DNA of 18,047 nucleotides from Candidatus Poribacteria bacterium (GTDB taxonomy: Bacteria; Poribacteria; WGA-4E; UBA9662): positions 1 through 18,047 of the forward strand of contig JAYGDX010000421.1 in the NCBI GenBank assembly GCA_046582655.1, written 5' to 3'. The notes beneath the pieces are model-generated. The model ran no database searches. It saw only the letters and a list, made by a program, of their open reading frames with translations, and was not told the DNA's origin. Within the stretch, counting starts at the first letter, position 1. Every line of letters begins with the position of its first letter. Positions 16,729-18,047 of the stretch are shown piece by piece. The position numbers were made by a program, and so were the translations under genes.

Positions 16729-16866
16729 CGCCACGGCGGTACATACATTACGTCGGATAATTTTCCAGCGCAAAAGATCAGCTTCCAAAACAGCGTAATA
16801 CCGCATACCTTCTAGCTATCCAGAAGGGTGTAGCCTGAGATAGATAGGGTGTTTACCAGCCGATTC
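16729..16866 (+). repeat. Copy F (5' ~60%) of ~230-bp module
   Basis: CGCCACGGCGGTACATACATTACGTCGGATAATTTTCC...ACAGCGTAA...TAGCCTGAGATAGA; promoter end missing. Confidence 0.9.
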
Positions 16867-16924
16867 ATTTGACTGCTAGTATGCTTGTTAGCAGTCTGCC
16901 AGATATGACTTCGCTTACTAATCC

Positions 16925-17060
16925 TGAAGCAATTAAGGCAGTAAAAGATGCTATGCCTGCTTTAATCCAAGCGTTGCAAGATCCAGATGAGGATGTTCGT
17001 GCTTATGCGGCGGTGTTAGGACAAATTAGGAGAAGGCGCAGTGGAGGCCGTGCCTGCCCA
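16925..17060 (+). pseudogene. PBS-lyase-type HEAT repeat gene fragment (frameshifted)
   Basis: AVKDAMPALIQALQDPDEDVRAYAAVLGQI, then shifted frame GEGAVEAVPA. Confidence 0.65.
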
Positions 17061-17077
17061 GCATGCTGACGAACAGG

Positions 17078-18047
17078 TCATTCTATTCTCAAGGCTTCAA
17101 CCGGTTGCAGACTGGAAGCCCTAATGGCGGGATACAGACCAAAACCGATACCAATAGAGGCTGAAAAAAGAATAGAAATCACTGCCCATTTTATGGGAAA
17201 GACCATTGGCCACTCGTCTACAAGAGTGATGAAATGGGATAGGCCGATTGAAATACCATAAGCCATAAAAAAACCTAAGATTATGCCAATAGCGCCACCG
17301 ACACTGGACATTAGGGTAGATTCAGCCAAAAACTGGAAGAAGATGTCCCGCTTTTTAGCACCCAGTGCCTTTCTCAGTCCAATTTCTCTGGTTCTCTCAT
17401 TAACGGAAACCAACACCATATTCATAATGCCAATACCACCAACAACCAGAGAGATAAAAGCAATACTAGTCAGTGAAATTTGTAAGACTACACGAATTTT
17501 ATCTAAAGGTCCAGTGGCAAAGTCGGCAGTGATCGATGTGCCGTAATATTCTTCTTGACCATTATGGTGTTTCGTGATGATTTCCATTACTTCTTTGGAG
17601 GCTTGTTGAACCTTCTCCGGAGTGACAGCCTTAATAGAAAAATAATCGATATGGTTGTTGCCAATGAAACGATCCTGAAGAGTTGTCACAGGTAAGTAAA
17701 GGTCATCATCCAGATTCCATCCTTGCCTCATACTTACTCCTTTTGATGACAGGATACCAACAACGGCGAACCTCTCGGATATGGTGTGGCCTCTTTGCCC
17801 CGTTTGGCCTCTTTGCCCCATTGTAAGTCTAACTTCTTTTCCAATCGGATCCTCGTTTTGGAACAGTTCTTCCACGAAGTCCCAACCCAACACAGTAACT
17901 CTCGATCTCTTGGCAACATCTTCATCGGTTAGAAAACGCCCCATGGCTATCGGAACATCACGTGTAAAAGGATATAAGGGGGTGATCCCGTGAAAAGAGA
18001 CGCCTCGCAGTTCGCTGCCATTAGGTGACTGAACGCGGCCATTGTGT
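17078..18047 (-). CDS. MacB/FtsX-family ABC transporter permease (5' end outside window)
   Basis: GRFLT..D, ISLVVGGIGIMNMVLVSVNERTREIGLRKALGA, FGLYPAIRAS.L.PVEALR; minus frame stays open from 17944 to the window edge. Confidence 0.95.
   Translation of the reverse strand, partial: HNGRVQSPNGSELRGVSFHGITPLYPFTRDVPIAMGRFLTDEDVAKRSRVTVLGWDFVEELFQNEDPIGKEVRLTMGQRGQTGQRGHTISERFAVVGILSSKGVSMRQGWNLDDDLYLPVTTLQDRFIGNNHIDYFSIKAVTPEKVQQASKEVMEIITKHHNGQEEYYGTSITADFATGPLDKIRVVLQISLTSIAFISLVVGGIGIMNMVLVSVNERTREIGLRKALGAKKRDIFFQFLAESTLMSSVGGAIGIILGFFMAYGISIGLSHFITLVDEWPMVFPIKWAVISILFSASIGIGFGLYPAIRASSLQPVEALRIE

Noticed and set aside
1808..16866. CRISPR array interpretation of the repeats
   Set aside because: Repeats are up to ~230 bp, diverged and separated by kilobases of genes; no 25-45-nt repeat/spacer periodicity and no cas genes.
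17787..17819. 15-bp direct repeat TGGCCTCTTTGCCCC with 18-nt period in the ABC permease
   Set aside because: Simple in-frame loop duplication (GQRGQT GQRGHT); no wider significance evident.
587..17993. Many short alternative-frame or antisense ORFs inside called genes
   Set aside because: They overlap well-supported CDSs and show no recognisable motifs; treated as shadow ORFs.

Overview
An 18-kb accessory, mosaic region of a bacterial genome. It is probably Candidatus Poribacteria, inferred from three secreted LamG/ConA-type proteins ending in a V-x4-K-[LI]-x3-W-x2-IK tail plus tandem Gfo/Idh/MocA, BNR, ankyrin and HEAT genes. Intact cargo: a BNR/sialidase-fold protein, two Gfo/Idh/MocA oxidoreductases, an alpha/beta hydrolase, an ankyrin protein, LamG proteins, a HEAT+Cys protein, a VOC protein, a lipoprotein-type serpin and a MacB-like ABC permease running off the right edge. 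Between these lie many relics: two TIR-domain N-terminal stubs, ankyrin and HEAT fragments, a LamG-bearing flagellin pseudogene plus a second flagellin 3' tail, an IS1-family left end and a decayed integron gene cassette. The main unexplained structure is a ~230-bp non-coding module present six times in the same orientation (~1808, 7993, 10557, 11247, 13868, 16729). It has four conserved boxes at near-fixed spacing separated by diverged spacers, and it ends in an extended -10 sigma70-type promoter. Its left end sits right after cargo-gene stops, inside an attC site, or after a flagellin tail. I interpret it (inference) as a promoter-carrying cassette or recombination module organising a gene-capture array; no recombinase is visible in the window.
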